From Eukaryota sp. GEM-RC1 (Eukaryota), in contig JAUFOQ010000006.1 of assembly GCA_040285855.1 (NCBI GenBank), positions 1,922,001-1,986,000 on the forward strand: DNA of 64,000 bases, written 5' to 3'. Each line of letters starts with the position of its first letter. The stretch's first letter is position 1. Positions 11,487 through 22,429 of this stretch are shown here, piece by piece. A model generated the notes under the pieces. That model was not told the origin of the DNA. It made no database searches and saw only the letters and a list, made by a program, of their open reading frames with translations. The translations under genes were made by a program, and so were the position numbers.

Positions 11487-13352
11487 ATGTCTCTGCAGTT
11501 ATCAATATCATCTTCTATTCATCTACCGGGGTCTTCTCCTGTACTCCGTACACTTGGTCTCAATGTTGTAGACAATACTATCATAGTTACCACTGAAGCT
11601 TCTATCATTCTCTATGAAAACGAGGAAATTGTAACCACCTGGATCCTTGCTCCAGGTACATTTACCACCGGTTTCACTTGCCCAGCAGTTGCTAGCTCTT
11701 CAAATTCCACTGGTCGCTTCTGGGCCGTAGTTGATAACTACAAAGTCATAACCTGGACCCGCAATGAACGATTCCTTCCTGATCGCTCAATATTCTCATC
11801 ATCTTCTACCATTGTCAAAGTTCACCCCTTCCAAAACTTTGCAATCTGCTCACTTGAGAACAACCATCTAACTACAGTTCTTCAAGATCCTACACATCCC
11901 CACTCAACTTCTCTTGAACAAGCTTCGGTTATCCCCTTATCCGTGGGTTTATATTCAAGTAACAAGGCCATTCTAATTGATAGTTTTTATACAACTCTTG
12001 CAGGATCACCTAGTTTAATTACCGTGACTAAGAATCCCAACAAATCTACTTCAGTTAATTGTTACTCGGTTGATCCTGTTAATTGCACGGTTGTTCACCA
12101 AAAGACGTTCAACTCTATCTTTAACGATCTTGTGTGTTGTGATATCTCTGCTCTTAATCGATTGTTATTAGTTAATAGGCAACAGATTGAGATTCTGTCG
12201 TTAGGTCTCACTGAGGCAGTTACTGTAGCCACTGTTAAACTTCCTTATGGAATCAAGAATAATCCAATCACGTGCTCTTTCCTATCTGATGATTCATACG
12301 CTGTTTGTAGTAACGATGCACTGATTGTCAATCAAAGAGGGGTATTTACCCCTCTTGGTGACGTTTTCGAGGGTGATTTACGATATGTTACAGCAATGAA
12401 CCACAAAGTCATCATTATGGACGACTTCTCTGTCCATTTCATATCCCTTCCCTATGTTTCTTGTCTTGCTGATCTCCTTGCTTCTTCGATTGATGTTATC
12501 CCAGACGAAGAGTTTGACGAGGAGAATGTAGTTGAAGTATTTTACTCTTTTTTAAGAGAAGAAGATGTTGACTTAGCCTATGGAATCAGATTCTTTGATT
12601 ATTGTGTGGAAAAAGACATTTTTGATATAGCTGCAGCTGTTTCCTTCCTTATACCGGATCTACCTACAGAATGCACAATTAGAGCACTAAGAAAGCTTCT
12701 ATTAGCTGATGACGTCACCCCACGATTCAATGTCCAAATCCCTTGGAAAATGTTTTTAACTAGTGTTTATCAAAAGCTTGGACAATCTACTACTGCTGAC
12801 TTCCAGTATACCAATGTTAAGGATCCTGTTCAATGGTGGAATACTCACATTGAACCTGTGCTAGCTAATCTGGACAACTTAGAGCCGGCAGTTGAGGAAT
12901 CAATGGAGGAAGCACCCGGGGTGAGACCTGAAATTCCCTTTGTGTTTGACAAGTACGTTGCTGTATTGTCGTTTATTCATGGTTATAGTACACCAATGTT
13001 AGTGGCTCAAGCGCTTAAGTCAGTTATTGTCCCTTCGCAGCTTCCCGTCTTCATTGCCAACATGACAAATGTTGTTGGAGCTACTATTTTCAAGTCATTT
13101 ATGCATCCTTATGTTAGACATGGATTAAAATGCTGTCTACCAATATTTGTGTCTGCTCTCATTGACGCCAACGTGGTTTCACTTGCACTTTTCCCTGATC
13201 GTAACTCTCTCATTAGACTCAATGAACTTGTGCTGTTGATGCTACATGAAGCTAGTACTGCTCTGGAGGTGGTGGGGATTTCATCTGCCATTGATGTTAC
13301 TTATAGGACACCAATGAGGGAGGTGTATAAGACCGAGGAGGTGTTGTTATAG
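11487..13352 (+). CDS. NOL11: Nucleolar protein 11 (NOL11/Utp8)-like SSU processome component
   Basis: N-terminus IIVT..IILY...W......FTCPAV....G.FWAVVDN.KVITW resembles the NOL11 N-terminal propeller. IPDLP..C..AL and SALIDAN resemble its C-terminal helical region. Recognised by eye, not by search. Confidence 0.6.
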   Translation: MSLQLSISSSIHLPGSSPVLRTLGLNVVDNTIIVTTEASIILYENEEIVTTWILAPGTFTTGFTCPAVASSSNSTGRFWAVVDNYKVITWTRNERFLPDRSIFSSSSTIVKVHPFQNFAICSLENNHLTTVLQDPTHPHSTSLEQASVIPLSVGLYSSNKAILIDSFYTTLAGSPSLITVTKNPNKSTSVNCYSVDPVNCTVVHQKTFNSIFNDLVCCDISALNRLLLVNRQQIEILSLGLTEAVTVATVKLPYGIKNNPITCSFLSDDSYAVCSNDALIVNQRGVFTPLGDVFEGDLRYVTAMNHKVIIMDDFSVHFISLPYVSCLADLLASSIDVIPDEEFDEENVVEVFYSFLREEDVDLAYGIRFFDYCVEKDIFDIAAAVSFLIPDLPTECTIRALRKLLLADDVTPRFNVQIPWKMFLTSVYQKLGQSTTADFQYTNVKDPVQWWNTHIEPVLANLDNLEPAVEESMEEAPGVRPEIPFVFDKYVAVLSFIHGYSTPMLVAQALKSVIVPSQLPVFIANMTNVVGATIFKSFMHPYVRHGLKCCLPIFVSALIDANVVSLALFPDRNSLIRLNELVLLMLHEASTALEVVGISSAIDVTYRTPMREVYKTEEVLL

Positions 13353-13530
13353 AAAATTAGTCATTTTTTCATTTAATATTTTTAAATAGTTTTTTTTACT
13401 TAAAATACAGATTTAAATCGTACATATACACACAAAAACGGCTTCCTAAACGAAGCCCGTTGACTAACTAAAACTAAAAAGAATCAAAAACAGAAGAACG
13501 ATGGAGAGAGAAAGAAAAAACAGCTTAATG

Positions 13531-13965
13531 TTATATTGGATCCTCCTCATTGTCCTCAACGGTGTTTGGTAGAGAAGAAGAAGGCGATGGAGTATCCGCT
13601 GAAGAGTTTGGCATGATGAAGTTTCCTTTAATAGACGAAGAAGCAATGGTTCTTCCAATGGAATTCTGAGGATTGGAGCGTTGTACCGGACTCATAAAGC
13701 TCTGACGCTTATGGTGACCAAGAGTAAATGCTTGAACAATATCGACAGTGGTTGAATCCAATCCGTCTATACGTAGGAAATCGTCCTCATCGTCGGAAGC
13801 AATGTCAGCATCGTGTTCGACTTGATTTTGAAGATCTTCAGCTGTAGGAGCATTGTCATTGTGGACGTATGATCCACTGAAAGATGAATGCATAGATGTG
13901 TTGATTTCTGCTTCTATCTCATTAATCAGAGACTTTGACGAGCATATTGAAGCGATGGCTCCCAT
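13531..13965 (-). CDS. Small acidic hypothetical protein, possibly N-myristoylated/palmitoylated
   Basis: ORF 13531-14031. The likely start MGAIASICSS (13965) is an MG...C acylation-type N-terminus. Confidence 0.5.
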   Translation of the reverse strand: MGAIASICSSKSLINEIEAEINTSMHSSFSGSYVHNDNAPTAEDLQNQVEHDADIASDDEDDFLRIDGLDSTTVDIVQAFTLGHHKRQSFMSPVQRSNPQNSIGRTIASSSIKGNFIMPNSSADTPSPSSSLPNTVEDNEEDPI

Positions 13966-13999
13966 GGATGAAAAGAATACTGAGGAACCAATGTCCTGG

Positions 14000-16344
14000 A
14001 TGAATGTCAGAAGTTGCAGAAAGTTTCCCATTCATGTTTTCGATTCATGTCTTCCTCATTCTGTATCTAGTGTCAAGCAAGGAGATCCTGGTGGTTCTTT
14101 CTTTTTCTAATCAGCGATTCATGAACTTCTTGATAAACTCAAAAACACGAAACTCAAAAAACAATGTAGTATATGAAGCTTTCATTGCTTCCCTGTCAAG
14201 TCTTCTTGTGATATAATCAGAAGCTGCTGAATCTTGTGGTACTACTGGTCTGCAACTGAATGAATTAATAACTATAAAATTGCATTGGTGAATTACTTAT
14301 CGTCTGGTCCCAATACAAGCAACCTTAAATACTATACAAACATACCCTTTACTGTGTTTGTATTGGAATCTGCTTGTATTAGGGTCCTTTAAATCTCTCT
14401 TTTGGATGATCAAAAACTAGTCATGAAGAGCACCAACAATGGATTGTAAAATAAATAATGTCAATCAGTAGTCTTTAAAAGACCCTAGTCAACCATCAGA
14501 CCAAAAGAAACACCAAAACCTTCATCAATAACTTACTGGTCAAACAAGGTTTTCATTAATCTCATTACTTATAGACCAATCTTAGATGAAACTCTTTACT
14601 GAAGCGAGTGCCTATAGAACAAATACAATTGGAGTAAAAATTGAGAAACGTCATCAGTGTTTCCTAGAAATCTACATTTGAATGTCTTGCTTTTAAAATT
14701 CTACTTGGCTCGGCTGCTTAAAGAAGCAGAAGGCTTAAAGAAAAAAATCTAGCTTTCGCAAACTTTTGAAGTACAGTTCTACAGTTGCTTTGATTAACCA
14801 AATTCCACAGATTTATGGATTGTTGTTGAATGATCATCAATGGATCACAACATTCAGACTTCGATGTTTCTTGTGGCCCTCTAATTTACCCAATGATCTT
14901 CAATGTGAATGTGGTAAATTAGTTGCTTTTTCTCACCTTTTGAGTTGCAATCGTTTCATTACTTTTAGAACTTGCATTCATGATGCTGTCATAGATCAAA
15001 TTCATGCAATGTGTAAGTCCTACACATTCGAATCTTTCATTGAGCCACTGTTGAGATCACTTGAAATCAATCATTTAAAAAATAGTGATTCTGATGAGAC
15101 TTTTGGTAAAAGAAGAGCTGATGTCATCGTTCAATCAGTCAATGATGAACTAACGGTTGTTGGTGTGATTACTGTGGATGTTTGCAAAAAAAGTGCATTT
15201 TTATGGATGCTAAAAATGAAGTGTCTCCACTTGATTTTTCAGAACAATTCAAGAGAAACAAATATGATGTACCCTTGACTGCTCTCAAACATACTAGACA
15301 TGTTGAGTACAAATTACGTTTAAATTATTTGTTATTTGAAGGATCAAGAATGGGTAATTAACATGCATTTGAGATTGGGGCTCTGGCCTAATAGCTTACT
15401 TCAACAGTCTAAGTGTATCTGTAGTGCTTCAAAGCCTGCTTCACTTCGTCACATTGTTAATTGCCCAAATTTTATTCATATGAGATCTGTTCTTCACAAC
15501 AGTATTCGTGATCAATGTCTTTCTTTCTTCATTTAAATCAAACAGATTTCATGGTAAAATTGAACCTCTATTGTCCGCATTTTCTAATTCTTTCATTCGT
15601 GATAATAGTCGTGGTGATTTAATTGGTCCATGGTTAAATTGTAAAGAAGTTGTTTTGGATTTCACCATTCTTGAGTGGATCCATGTAATGATACTGCTAG
15701 TAGTAAAATATTGGATGACCATTTTTTACCTTTGCGTAATGTTGAAAATAAGAATTGTCTTCTTGTGATTATATTTCTAAATTGAATTCACAAAGACATA
15801 ATGCTTTGGTGTTTCAACCGTTCGGTATTTCAATTTATAGGAATATGGGTTCTGCCGCTCAAACGTTTTTGTCATCTTTTAATCAATTGTGTTGCGAATT
15901 TGACCATTAGTTCTTAGAGGGATCGTTTTGTGTTTTCTATATTTCGTTCAATGTTTCCAGTATTTCGATGGAATTTTGAAGAAACTCTTTGGGGTTCAAG
16001 ACCATGTCATGGAATAGTATTGTTAATTTTGTTTACGTCTTTAGATTTTTTGTATCTTTAAGAGATAAAAGATTATTTTAATTATGTCCTTTTCCAATTT
16101 CAATTTATGGTCGACTTGGTAAAGATGCTCTTTGTTTTCTCTCTGATTTTGAGAAAGTTGTCAAAAGAGAATGAACCAGAAATTTGATTTTAAGTTTTGG
16201 TTGAATCGTATTGTCTTTACAATATTTCAAACAATTCTGATTATGATTTCAAAAGTTTTAGTAGCTCTGAGTATTTTTTATGAAAAAAAAGCTGATGTGA
16301 GTTTTAATGGCATTGAATGTTGCTTTACTAATATTCAGTTCTAG
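14000..16344 (+). mobile_element. Degenerate CRE-like non-LTR retrotransposon (copy A) with RT remnant, interrupted by copy B
   Basis: RT-like VKQGDPGGSFFF.SAIH at ~14072-14122 and GLQLN. ORF 14766-15278 has CECG..HLLSC, IHDAV, IEP, RADV and TVDV. The sequence resumes after 16084 as CPFPISIYGRLGK...WLNRIVF. Confidence 0.7.
15317..16079 (+). mobile_element. 5'-truncated CRE-like fragment (copy B) nested in copy A
   Basis: LKDQEWVINMHLRLGLWP, CICS..HIVNC, LHNSIRD, KIEP and RGDLIGPW. Flanked by an AATTA duplication (15312-15316, 16080-16084); removing it restores EYKL|CPFP in copy A. Confidence 0.7.
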
Positions 16345-16479
16345 TTTTCGTATTATTCTTACTGATTTTGTTCCGTAAACTTACATTCAGAAAAAAGAAA
16401 TCTACAATGTAGTAACTCTCGTATTACAGACTGGGCCGTCAGATGTTCCAGCCTTATTTTAAATGAATAATGGCTAATG

Positions 16480-16705
16480 TTTTTCGTAGAACTAGTAAAC
16501 AAGAAGAGTCAGTTTAGAATGTCGTGATGGAAAAACCGTGATGTGTTTTCCATTTATCGGAATATGGCTTTCTATTTCTCTCGATTGGATGAAACACTTT
16601 ACAAGTTTGTTGTGAAGGTTTATGTTGAAAAACATAATCTTTTACTGGATATGGACGAAGTCCTTTGGATTGAGTCTTAGTATTACTTGTTTGTTTGTAC
16701 AATCA
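16480..16705 (+). mobile_element. Short 3'-terminal fragment of the same CRE-like subfamily as 464-2140
   Basis: Clear nucleotide similarity to ~1975-2170 (GTTTAGAATG...GGAAAAACCGT...TATCGGAATATG...TCTTAGTATTA). Confidence 0.8.
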
Positions 16706-16853
16706 TACCCTGTTCTACGCTTATATTTGGACCATGCTTGTATTGGGACCTCGACGATAACATCAATATGTGGGGTTTTGTTTTCTTGTTGTGTGTTTTT
16801 CTCCGTACATGAATCCGCTTCTATACTTAGGGTTCTAGGGTGCATTCTTGCTT

Positions 16854-16944
16854 TGATACCGTTTGGCTACAAAGGGTAGGGAAAAGATGTTTATAAATAA
16901 AATAATATGATCTTTTAACACTTCACTAACACCTGTGGCTAACA
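16854..16944 (-). repeat. 3' LTR (91 bp)
   Basis: 90/91 identical to 23578-23668. Confidence 0.95.
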
Positions 16945-18255
16945 TTACCTCTTCTCTTCTTTCGAGCTCCTAGTTCTCTTTGCTACAGGTGTCTTAACTT
17001 TGGAAGACGTCTTAGGAGTACTCTTACTACTGGAGGTACGTTTAAGCTTAGTGTTGTTATTACTAGACCTGTTTCTATTGTTACGAAATAAATCTAAATT
17101 GTCTAATTTTACAAAGTCACTATACGCTTTGGTGTTCTTGATGTCCTTGATGGGAACTGACGAAGTATCACCACCAAACCAAAGTACAGTGCAGAATTCA
17201 CCATCGGGTGTATCAAACCTATCTAGGATCTTAACCACGATGTGTTCTTCAGAATCCCCAGAAGCAATTGCTCTGTGGAGATCATGATCAGCAGGCAGAT
17301 CTGATTGAAAGATCTTACATTGATGAATGCTAGTCTTACTAACATATCCAGTGATCAGATTCTTTAATGAAACAGAAGATTTTGAATCAACTGAGACAAC
17401 TAGAAAAGGTCCAGTGTAGTTTCCATGGAGCTTACTTGTTTTGGCGACCTTTAACACAAGATCTCCTATCTTAAATGATTGACTAGTGTTAAACTTCTTC
17501 TTAGGCTTGAGTACTGATTGACGATCCTCTGCCTTTTCTCTTTTTTTCGTTAAACGTTCTAGTTTCATTTTAATGTCGTCAATAAACGAAACAGTCTTTG
17601 TTGATTTCTCAACAGCATCTAGTAAACCACTAGGATCTGCACCAGGACTTATGTCACTACCAAACATCAGTTCGTAAGGAGTATGCCCAGTTATTGAACT
17701 CTTTGTTGCGTTGATCTGCAACTGTACAGTTGGAATGTACGTTGACCAATTGTCATAATCATTGAAGTCCACAAGGAGACGACGTAGGCTTTGCAGAACG
17801 TCTCTGTGACGTCGTTCCACCAGTCCATTACTCTGGGAGAAATGAGGAATCGAACGACTTACTTCAATCGCCAGTAGGTTACATATTGCCTCGAAAATAG
17901 CATTGGCAAACTCCGTACCATTATCACTATGGATACAAAACGGTATTCCAAAGATAGCAATCACATCCCACACAAGACGATATGCTACTTCTCTACTGTT
18001 AAGTTCTTCGAGGGGGCTCAAAATGGTGTATCTGGTGAAAGAATCTACAAACACCAATAGGAATTGGTTTCCATTTTGATCTTTTGGAAGTGGACCGATT
18101 GTGTCGACATTAAGTCTAGCAAAAGGTCTATCAGCCCATAGAGAACCCGTCGATTCAATTATCTTTTTAGGAATAGGTGCCGTTTTCTGACACGCAGGGC
18201 ATTGCTGAACATGTTTTATCATGTCAGCTTTCATACTCTGGCCAAAAGTAACCAC
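16945..18255 (-). CDS. Integrase with C-terminal chromodomain-like region (3' part of pol, +1 break near 18240)
   Basis: HHCC (H..SGHP / CPAC); DDE (VDTIGP, HSDNGTEF, GLVERRH); EEHIVVKILD...GEFCTVLWFGGDTSSVP chromo-like segment. Confidence 0.9.
   Translation of the reverse strand: MVTFGQSMKADMIKHVQQCPACQKTAPIPKKIIESTGSLWADRPFARLNVDTIGPLPKDQNGNQFLLVFVDSFTRYTILSPLEELNSREVAYRLVWDVIAIFGIPFCIHSDNGTEFANAIFEAICNLLAIEVSRSIPHFSQSNGLVERRHRDVLQSLRRLLVDFNDYDNWSTYIPTVQLQINATKSSITGHTPYELMFGSDISPGADPSGLLDAVEKSTKTVSFIDDIKMKLERLTKKREKAEDRQSVLKPKKKFNTSQSFKIGDLVLKVAKTSKLHGNYTGPFLVVSVDSKSSVSLKNLITGYVSKTSIHQCKIFQSDLPADHDLHRAIASGDSEEHIVVKILDRFDTPDGEFCTVLWFGGDTSSVPIKDIKNTKAYSDFVKLDNLDLFRNNRNRSSNNNTKLKRTSSSKSTPKTSSKVKTPVAKRTRSSKEEKR
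16948..16963 (-). promoter_or_regulatory. Polypurine tract
   Basis: GAAAGAAGAGAAGAGG on the minus strand, separated from the 3' LTR only by the integrase TAA stop. Confidence 0.85.
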
Positions 18256-21200
18256 TATTGAACAATATTTCCAAACTTCGTTTCTTGTTTGGGTGTCCTG
18301 ACTGGACTAAGCCATGTAGCATGTAAAGAACTTTCTTTATTAAGCTAGATGGAATCAAAATCTTGTTCTTCGAGTTCATGTATACATTACTCATTGTACA
18401 CAAAGTTGAACCATTAAACAGTTGATCTCCTTGTTCTATCGCTTTAGATTGTTCTGACCTAATGGTGGATAACCAAGAGTCAAATAAAGGAAGTTTATTG
18501 TCTGTTGAGAGATTACGAAGGCACTTGATAGCTAATACGTTGGAGTCACGTGGAAGCATCTCAACATAGTCTGCATCATCATAAAGTAAGCCTTCATGAG
18601 AAAGGGTTAAATCACTTTTGATGGAAAGATTTGAGATCGTTAAAGATTTGATTGTTTCAACTGGGCGACGGTCAATGACACGTGATAACATGTCAGCCCA
18701 TTGATTGTTTGTACCAGCTACATGCTCTATCTCAAAATCAAACTCCGAGAAAATTGGAATCCATCGTTTGACAATACGATTCTTCTCTGGAGCTGAAATC
18801 AGATAAGCAAGGTTCCTATGATCTGTAAAGATCGTCAAATGCCTACTTAATAGGAAACCTTCTAAACTAGATTCGGTCAGAATCAAGAGAATGGCATACA
18901 GCTCTTTCTGGATAGCTGCCCAATTCTGTTGACTATCATTGAGTAAACGGCTATAAAACGATACAGGTCTAACTCTACGTTCTTCTAACGGAGTTCCTGG
19001 AGGAGCTGGGGGATTTTCTTCCTGCCAGATCACACCACCAACATCAATGTCGGATGCATCTGTGGATATGATAATGTTCTTATCAGTATCAGGTAAGTCT
19101 AAAGCCATATGGTTTATTATTTCGGTTTTAATTTTGTCTAATAAAGCATCATGGTCTTTTGTCCAAACAATTTTCTTGGGTTTACCACGAGTCAGTTTAT
19201 TGATTGATGCAGTCAAGTTCGAGTAGTTTGGAATCCATTCACGAACATAATTTAAAGCACCAAGTAAACTTCTTATCTCGGGTAAAGTTGAAGGAGCAGG
19301 TAACTCAATCAACGCCGAAACTCTTTTATCATCTATGCAACGGGTTTTATTACAAAAGTTGCTGCCGAGAATCTTATTAGGATGTCTAGAAGTGGTGAAC
19401 CTACACTTCTTCAATCCAATCCGTACTCTAAAACGTTCTGCTCGTTCCAGTACTAGATTTATTCTTGAAATAAACTCTTCAAAGGTATTGCCTACAACAA
19501 TTATATCATCAATATAAATGAAAACACCTTCGACATTGAAAATTTCCATCATGATGTTTTGAAAAATTGCTGGTACGTTTTTCAATCCAAAACATGCTCG
19601 TTTAAAGCTAATAGACATTCCAGGTATAGACACACTGGTCTTCTCGACATCTTCTTCAGCTACATTTAGCTGCCAGAATGCTTTAGGAAGGTCAAGTGTT
19701 CCAATGAAATTAGCTTTCGAAAGAAACTCTAGAACATCACAGATCCGTGGTAAATTTGGTTTCACCGGTCTGGTATTAGCATTAATCCCATCAAGTCCAC
19801 TGAAATCTCCAGTTAAACGAGGCTTACGGTGATCATTATAAACCACCAAGACTATGGGACTGCTGAACTTACCAGTTGATGGTACGGCCCATCCTTGTCG
19901 TATAAGTTCATTAAAAATTTCTTCGGCTATACGCTGTTTTTCAGGGTTAAGCCTTCTAGGAGGACGAAATACAGTGACACTTTCATCATAGAATGGAATT
20001 GTCATGGGTGGACAATCAATACCATCAGGATGTATATCTTCTGAAAAGACTTGTTTGTATTTACTGAGTAGGCTCAGAAGCTCCGTTCTTCTTGTAGAAT
20101 CATCCAATTCTATCGTGCAACCAGAGTTGTCAATGGTTTCTTCAAACAGATCTATATCTAATTGAGTGTTACCGTACTGATCAATAGTAAAATGTGTTGA
20201 ATTTGGTTTTATTGAACATTTTGATTGAACTCTATTAATCGAAATTGATGGAGACCTCATTCTCTCATCAAATTCACTCTCTGCATTGAGAATAGTGCTA
20301 TGTTCTTTATCTAATCTAATGACTAGACCATCATCCGAAAGCAACCCCAGTTCTTCTTGCAAGTCTCTACCAATGAGGAGAATTTTTGTTCCTGGAACTA
20401 CTGGTAGAGTATGCTTAACATGAATCTGGTTGGCCAAGCTGCCAACGTTGAACGTCAGAACACCTATTGCACTACCTAAGGAAGTAGCACGAATATTATT
20501 CGCTGAGATGTATTCAATACAACTATCAGTAGATGTCATCTCACAGTAGCGTATCAAATCTTGAGAAATGACTGAACATGATGCTGCTGAGTCAAATTCT
20601 CCTACTACTGGTACATTGTTGATTAACAATCGAATACATAAAGGACCCTTACCTTTAGAATCGAACCCTAGGTTCTGGTTGAGACTACGAATTGTTTCAA
20701 CAGATGATGTACTTCTACCCTTGCTTGAATGTGTGTTCAAAGCAGCCAATGGGTTCATGTACTTATGAGGTGTAGTGTGATTATCTCTAGATGTGTTATT
20801 TGTTGCAAGTCTGAAAATATAGTTATTCTGTTGTTTATTGGAACTAAAACGACGACTAAAAGATTGACTACGACTATCACCTGATCTACGTTTGTTGGAC
20901 TTTTTATCACTGTCAGATTGAGGTTTTGATCTACAATCAGTGGAGTAATGGCCCATTTTTCCACAGTTAAAACACTTAACCGTAGACTTAACATCTCCAG
21001 GTGTACCATGAGATTGAGAATGGGGCTTGTTTGCGGTATTTGGTCGATTTCTTCGATTTCTAGAAGGAAAACGACTGGAAGGAGTGGATAAGGACTTCAC
21101 AGCTGTGGAACGCTTGTAGGTAGTCCAGATCGATCTAACTTCTTGGAAGAATTGAGGTAGCTTATCATCCTCAGTTTTGAGACGATGATCCCATCTAAGA

Positions 21201-22429
21201 ACAAGTTCATTCAAAGCAATAATTCCTTTGTCAGGATTCAGTGTTTCTAACATCAACTCGGCTACTGTGGAAGCAGGGACCTTTGTTCGGACAGTTTCAT
21301 CACTCGACGTAGCTATCATCGCCATGGAACATTTGAGAACGCTAATTACGCCACGGAGGTATCGGTCAAAGCACTCAGCAGGGTCTTTGGAGCTACCCAA
21401 TCTTATTTCTTTAATTGCATCAATGGCTGTTGTAGTTGATGAGTATTGACTCTTGTTAATCAATAAACGCCAGATGTTTTGTTCAAGTACCTGACTACTG
21501 TTGTTAGTACCAATCAAATCTAACATTTTCCAATCATTCAAAGTTGTTTGATCTATGAAATGACTAATGCCAGCTGGATCAATTTCACACAATGCTGTCC
21601 TAGCAAGGTCGAATTTGTTCAAAGGAGTACCAATCCAGAGGTCATAATCGAAACGTTCAGTTTGTTTTCTGACATGAATGGCCCAATGAAAGAAGTCATG
21701 AATAAACTTCACAACCTCATAACTAGTGTCGTTTTTCAAGAACGGCTCTCTGTCTTTTTTCTTCTTGATCTTCTTGGGAGGAGTCACACCAGATGAGAGA
21801 ATAACAGAATCATGAAGGACATTGTCAGGACGTTCATCTTCAGAGGATTGACTAAGGTCGATGTGATTTTCAATCGATGGAGACAAATCAGGAAACTTGT
21901 TTGATTGTCTATCTCTTTCTGCTTTGGTTTTGTTGGCTTCAGCAATCAACGCGTTTCTATGTCGAATTTTCGGTTCTTCGAGTTCTTTTTTCGACATGAC
22001 TTTTGATTCTTGGTTCAAATCACGAGTGAAGTTCTCGGTTACACGGTAAACGTTTTCATGTTCTTCACTGGCAACAAACCGATCAACGTCTCCAAATTCT
22101 CCATCAAACTTTCTAGTTGAGAGAATATCACGTGAACCATCAGTGAAGCGGTCAACAGATTCTGGACGGAAAGGTTCACCAGGAACGTGAGCAGAAAGGC
22201 GAGCAGTTTGACGTAGCTCTTCAGGCTTGGGAAGAAGTGTACCAACTTCTCGTAAAGCACCATGAGCAACAGGAAGGACCTTTTGAGATCCACCAATGCC
22301 ACTAAACTGTTGGACAACCACAGAACCTTCATCAGGAACAGCTAAGGTCGTGTTTGATGCTTCCAAAGGTTGACTGTGGAAGGTTTTCATATCTATGACC
22401 AACGGGAAGGTGTCTAGAACTAACAGCAA
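18224..22429 (-). CDS. Gag-protease-RT-RNase H polyprotein
   Basis: CFNCGKMGHYSTDC zinc knuckle; FDSAASCS protease; LDLPKAFWQ, FGLKN and YIDD RT; TDASD, KELYAI and FTDHRNL RNase H. Confidence 0.95.
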   Translation of the reverse strand: MLLVLDTFPLVIDMKTFHSQPLEASNTTLAVPDEGSVVVQQFSGIGGSQKVLPVAHGALREVGTLLPKPEELRQTARLSAHVPGEPFRPESVDRFTDGSRDILSTRKFDGEFGDVDRFVASEEHENVYRVTENFTRDLNQESKVMSKKELEEPKIRHRNALIAEANKTKAERDRQSNKFPDLSPSIENHIDLSQSSEDERPDNVLHDSVILSSGVTPPKKIKKKKDREPFLKNDTSYEVVKFIHDFFHWAIHVRKQTERFDYDLWIGTPLNKFDLARTALCEIDPAGISHFIDQTTLNDWKMLDLIGTNNSSQVLEQNIWRLLINKSQYSSTTTAIDAIKEIRLGSSKDPAECFDRYLRGVISVLKCSMAMIATSSDETVRTKVPASTVAELMLETLNPDKGIIALNELVLRWDHRLKTEDDKLPQFFQEVRSIWTTYKRSTAVKSLSTPSSRFPSRNRRNRPNTANKPHSQSHGTPGDVKSTVKCFNCGKMGHYSTDCRSKPQSDSDKKSNKRRSGDSRSQSFSRRFSSNKQQNNYIFRLATNNTSRDNHTTPHKYMNPLAALNTHSSKGRSTSSVETIRSLNQNLGFDSKGKGPLCIRLLINNVPVVGEFDSAASCSVISQDLIRYCEMTSTDSCIEYISANNIRATSLGSAIGVLTFNVGSLANQIHVKHTLPVVPGTKILLIGRDLQEELGLLSDDGLVIRLDKEHSTILNAESEFDERMRSPSISINRVQSKCSIKPNSTHFTIDQYGNTQLDIDLFEETIDNSGCTIELDDSTRRTELLSLLSKYKQVFSEDIHPDGIDCPPMTIPFYDESVTVFRPPRRLNPEKQRIAEEIFNELIRQGWAVPSTGKFSSPIVLVVYNDHRKPRLTGDFSGLDGINANTRPVKPNLPRICDVLEFLSKANFIGTLDLPKAFWQLNVAEEDVEKTSVSIPGMSISFKRACFGLKNVPAIFQNIMMEIFNVEGVFIYIDDIIVVGNTFEEFISRINLVLERAERFRVRIGLKKCRFTTSRHPNKILGSNFCNKTRCIDDKRVSALIELPAPSTLPEIRSLLGALNYVREWIPNYSNLTASINKLTRGKPKKIVWTKDHDALLDKIKTEIINHMALDLPDTDKNIIISTDASDIDVGGVIWQEENPPAPPGTPLEERRVRPVSFYSRLLNDSQQNWAAIQKELYAILLILTESSLEGFLLSRHLTIFTDHRNLAYLISAPEKNRIVKRWIPIFSEFDFEIEHVAGTNNQWADMLSRVIDRRPVETIKSLTISNLSIKSDLTLSHEGLLYDDADYVEMLPRDSNVLAIKCLRNLSTDNKLPLFDSWLSTIRSEQSKAIEQGDQLFNGSTLCTMSNVYMNSKNKILIPSSLIKKVLYMLHGLVQSGHPNKKRSLEILFNSGYFWPEYES

